From Rickettsiales bacterium (GTDB taxonomy: Bacteria; Pseudomonadota; Alphaproteobacteria; Rickettsiales; UBA8987), in contig JAMHZE010000028.1 of the NCBI GenBank assembly GCA_035909535.1, forward strand, positions 1 to 45,345: a DNA stretch of 45,345 nt, written 5' to 3'. The translations under genes were made by a program, and so were the position numbers. This document shows positions 44,526-45,345 of the stretch, piece after piece (position 1 is the first letter of the stretch; each line of letters starts with the position of its first letter). The notes beneath the pieces were generated by a model, which was not told the DNA's origin, did not search any database, and worked only from the letters and a program-made list of their open reading frames with translations.

Positions 44526-44882
44526 TTCAATATACTCGTCATATTCCTGAATATTCTCGATGCCTTTATTTATCTTCTCCTCGCGATCCAGCGCCGAGAA
44601 AATATTATTGCCGGTATTATACATATAGATCTCTTCCGAGAACTCCTGCAGATTTTTCTGTTGCACGCCTGCCTCGTGGTTACTCCATAGCACTGCAACT
44701 GCAATCACCACTGCCGCGAAAGATGCCGCGCTGTAAGAATAGCGTTCAATAAACCAGCCAAAGCCCGTTTTCTTAGTGGCCGCACTTTCATTCTGAATGC
44801 GGCGCATAATGCGCTCTTCAATCCCTTCAGGAACCTGCACTTCGCTCTTCATCTGCAATAATGTATCAAGGTTGTTTTTCAT
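44511..44882 (-). CDS. Putative anti-sigma factor (single-pass membrane protein) coupled to the ECF sigma gene
   Basis: 123 aa. Its start overlaps the sigma gene stop (ATGA). It has one TM (AASFAAVVIAVAVLW) and no HxxxCxxC zinc motif. The assignment rests on position only. Confidence 0.5.
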   Translation of the reverse strand: MKNNLDTLLQMKSEVQVPEGIEERIMRRIQNESAATKKTGFGWFIERYSYSAASFAAVVIAVAVLWSNHEAGVQQKNLQEFSEEIYMYNTGNNIFSALDREEKINKGIENIQEYDEYIELLSS

Positions 44883-45345
44883 AACATATCCCCAAGTTTA
44901 ATTTTCCTTTTTTCCAGCATCTCTCCCAGTTTTTTCTTTCCGCGTAGCAGGTGGCTTTCTACCGCTTTAACAGAAATATTCATCACCTTGGCAATCTCCT
45001 GCTGCTTCAGTTCTTCCTTATAGTAAAGCGTCAGCGCCATATGTTGCGGTTCAGAAAGCTTCTGCATAAGTTCTTCAATAAACTCCGCCAGACTGCTGTT
45101 ATCAAAACTGTCGGTGTTCACATCGTAACTTACATTATCATCCAGCTCCTGCTCGGCACGCCTTATTACCTTACGGCGATAATCTAAACAGGTATTGGCT
45201 GTTATCCTGTATATCCAGGTAGAAAGGCTGGCCATCTCGCGCTTCCAGTTCTTCAGATTCTTCCACAGTTTAACAAAGCTTTCCTGCACCGCTTCTTCAG
45301 CTGCGCTCTGGTTCCTCAGTATTCTGTAGCATAAACCGTACATAA
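44879..45345 (-). CDS. ECF-type RNA polymerase sigma-70 family factor (N-terminus probably beyond the window edge)
   Basis: Region 2 has AEEAVQESFVKLW, W.YRI..N...D and RR. Region 4 has LTLYY.EELKQQEIAKVMNISVKAVESHL.RGKKKL. The frame remains open at the window end. Confidence 0.85.
   Translation of the reverse strand, partial: MYGLCYRILRNQSAAEEAVQESFVKLWKNLKNWKREMASLSTWIYRITANTCLDYRRKVIRRAEQELDDNVSYDVNTDSFDNSSLAEFIEELMQKLSEPQHMALTLYYKEELKQQEIAKVMNISVKAVESHLLRGKKKLGEMLEKRKIKLGDML

Noticed and set aside
1-45345. CRISPR arrays, tandem repeats, IS elements, toxin-antitoxin pairs or known defence genes.
   Set aside because: Reading through all intergenic gaps (the largest are ~160 nt) showed no regularly spaced repeats, no terminal inverted repeats flanking an ORF, and no small overlapping gene pairs with toxin or antitoxin motifs. 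This was a visual scan only, so short or degenerate repeats could have been missed.

Overview
This window looks like a dense chromosomal core region of an alphaproteobacterium, roughly nine-tenths coding and moderately AT-rich. The lineage call rests on several markers: a COQ9-like gene divergent from rpsU, lpxD-fabZ-lpxA-lpxI, pdxJ-acpS, an SDHAF4-like DUF1674 gene, a fliL-fliM operon, bolA-grxD and ubiG. I cannot name the species. I support about 57 protein genes, two tRNAs (Leu-CAA, Arg-ACG) and one SRP/4.5S RNA that the ORF track cannot show. Housekeeping content includes secD (fragment), dapE, argH, aroC, pdxJ, acpS, rpe, uvrD, ihfA, rpsU, ispH, ubiG and rdgB. Functional clusters: (1) lipid A/fatty acid genes lpxD-fabZ-lpxA-lpxI; (2) an oxidative-stress cluster, oxyR / ahpC-ahpD / dps; (3) a four-gene flagellar islet, fliL-fliM-x-motE-like; (4) a lysine-catabolism pair, LysDH-like plus ALDH7-type; (5) a gbsR-type regulator fused into a cydAB (cytochrome bd) operon; (6) ydbH-ynbE-ydbL-like envelope lipid-transport genes; (7) an ECF sigma/anti-sigma pair at the right edge. 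I found no transposase, integrase, phage gene, CRISPR array or recognisable defence or toxin-antitoxin gene, so I see no clear-cut novel island. The best candidates for something under-described are: a binding-protein / histidine-kinase / response-regulator module whose regulator output is an RsbW/SpoIIAB-type GHKL ATPase domain; an orphan type IV pilin-like gene translationally coupled to oxyR; an orphan gene pair (acidic protein plus minimal M48-like HExxH protein) behind an apparently leaderless, palindrome-guarded promoter; a half-length YdbH; and an orphan ORF at the tail of the lpx operon where lpxB is normally found. All family calls come from motif recognition by eye, and no database search was run.
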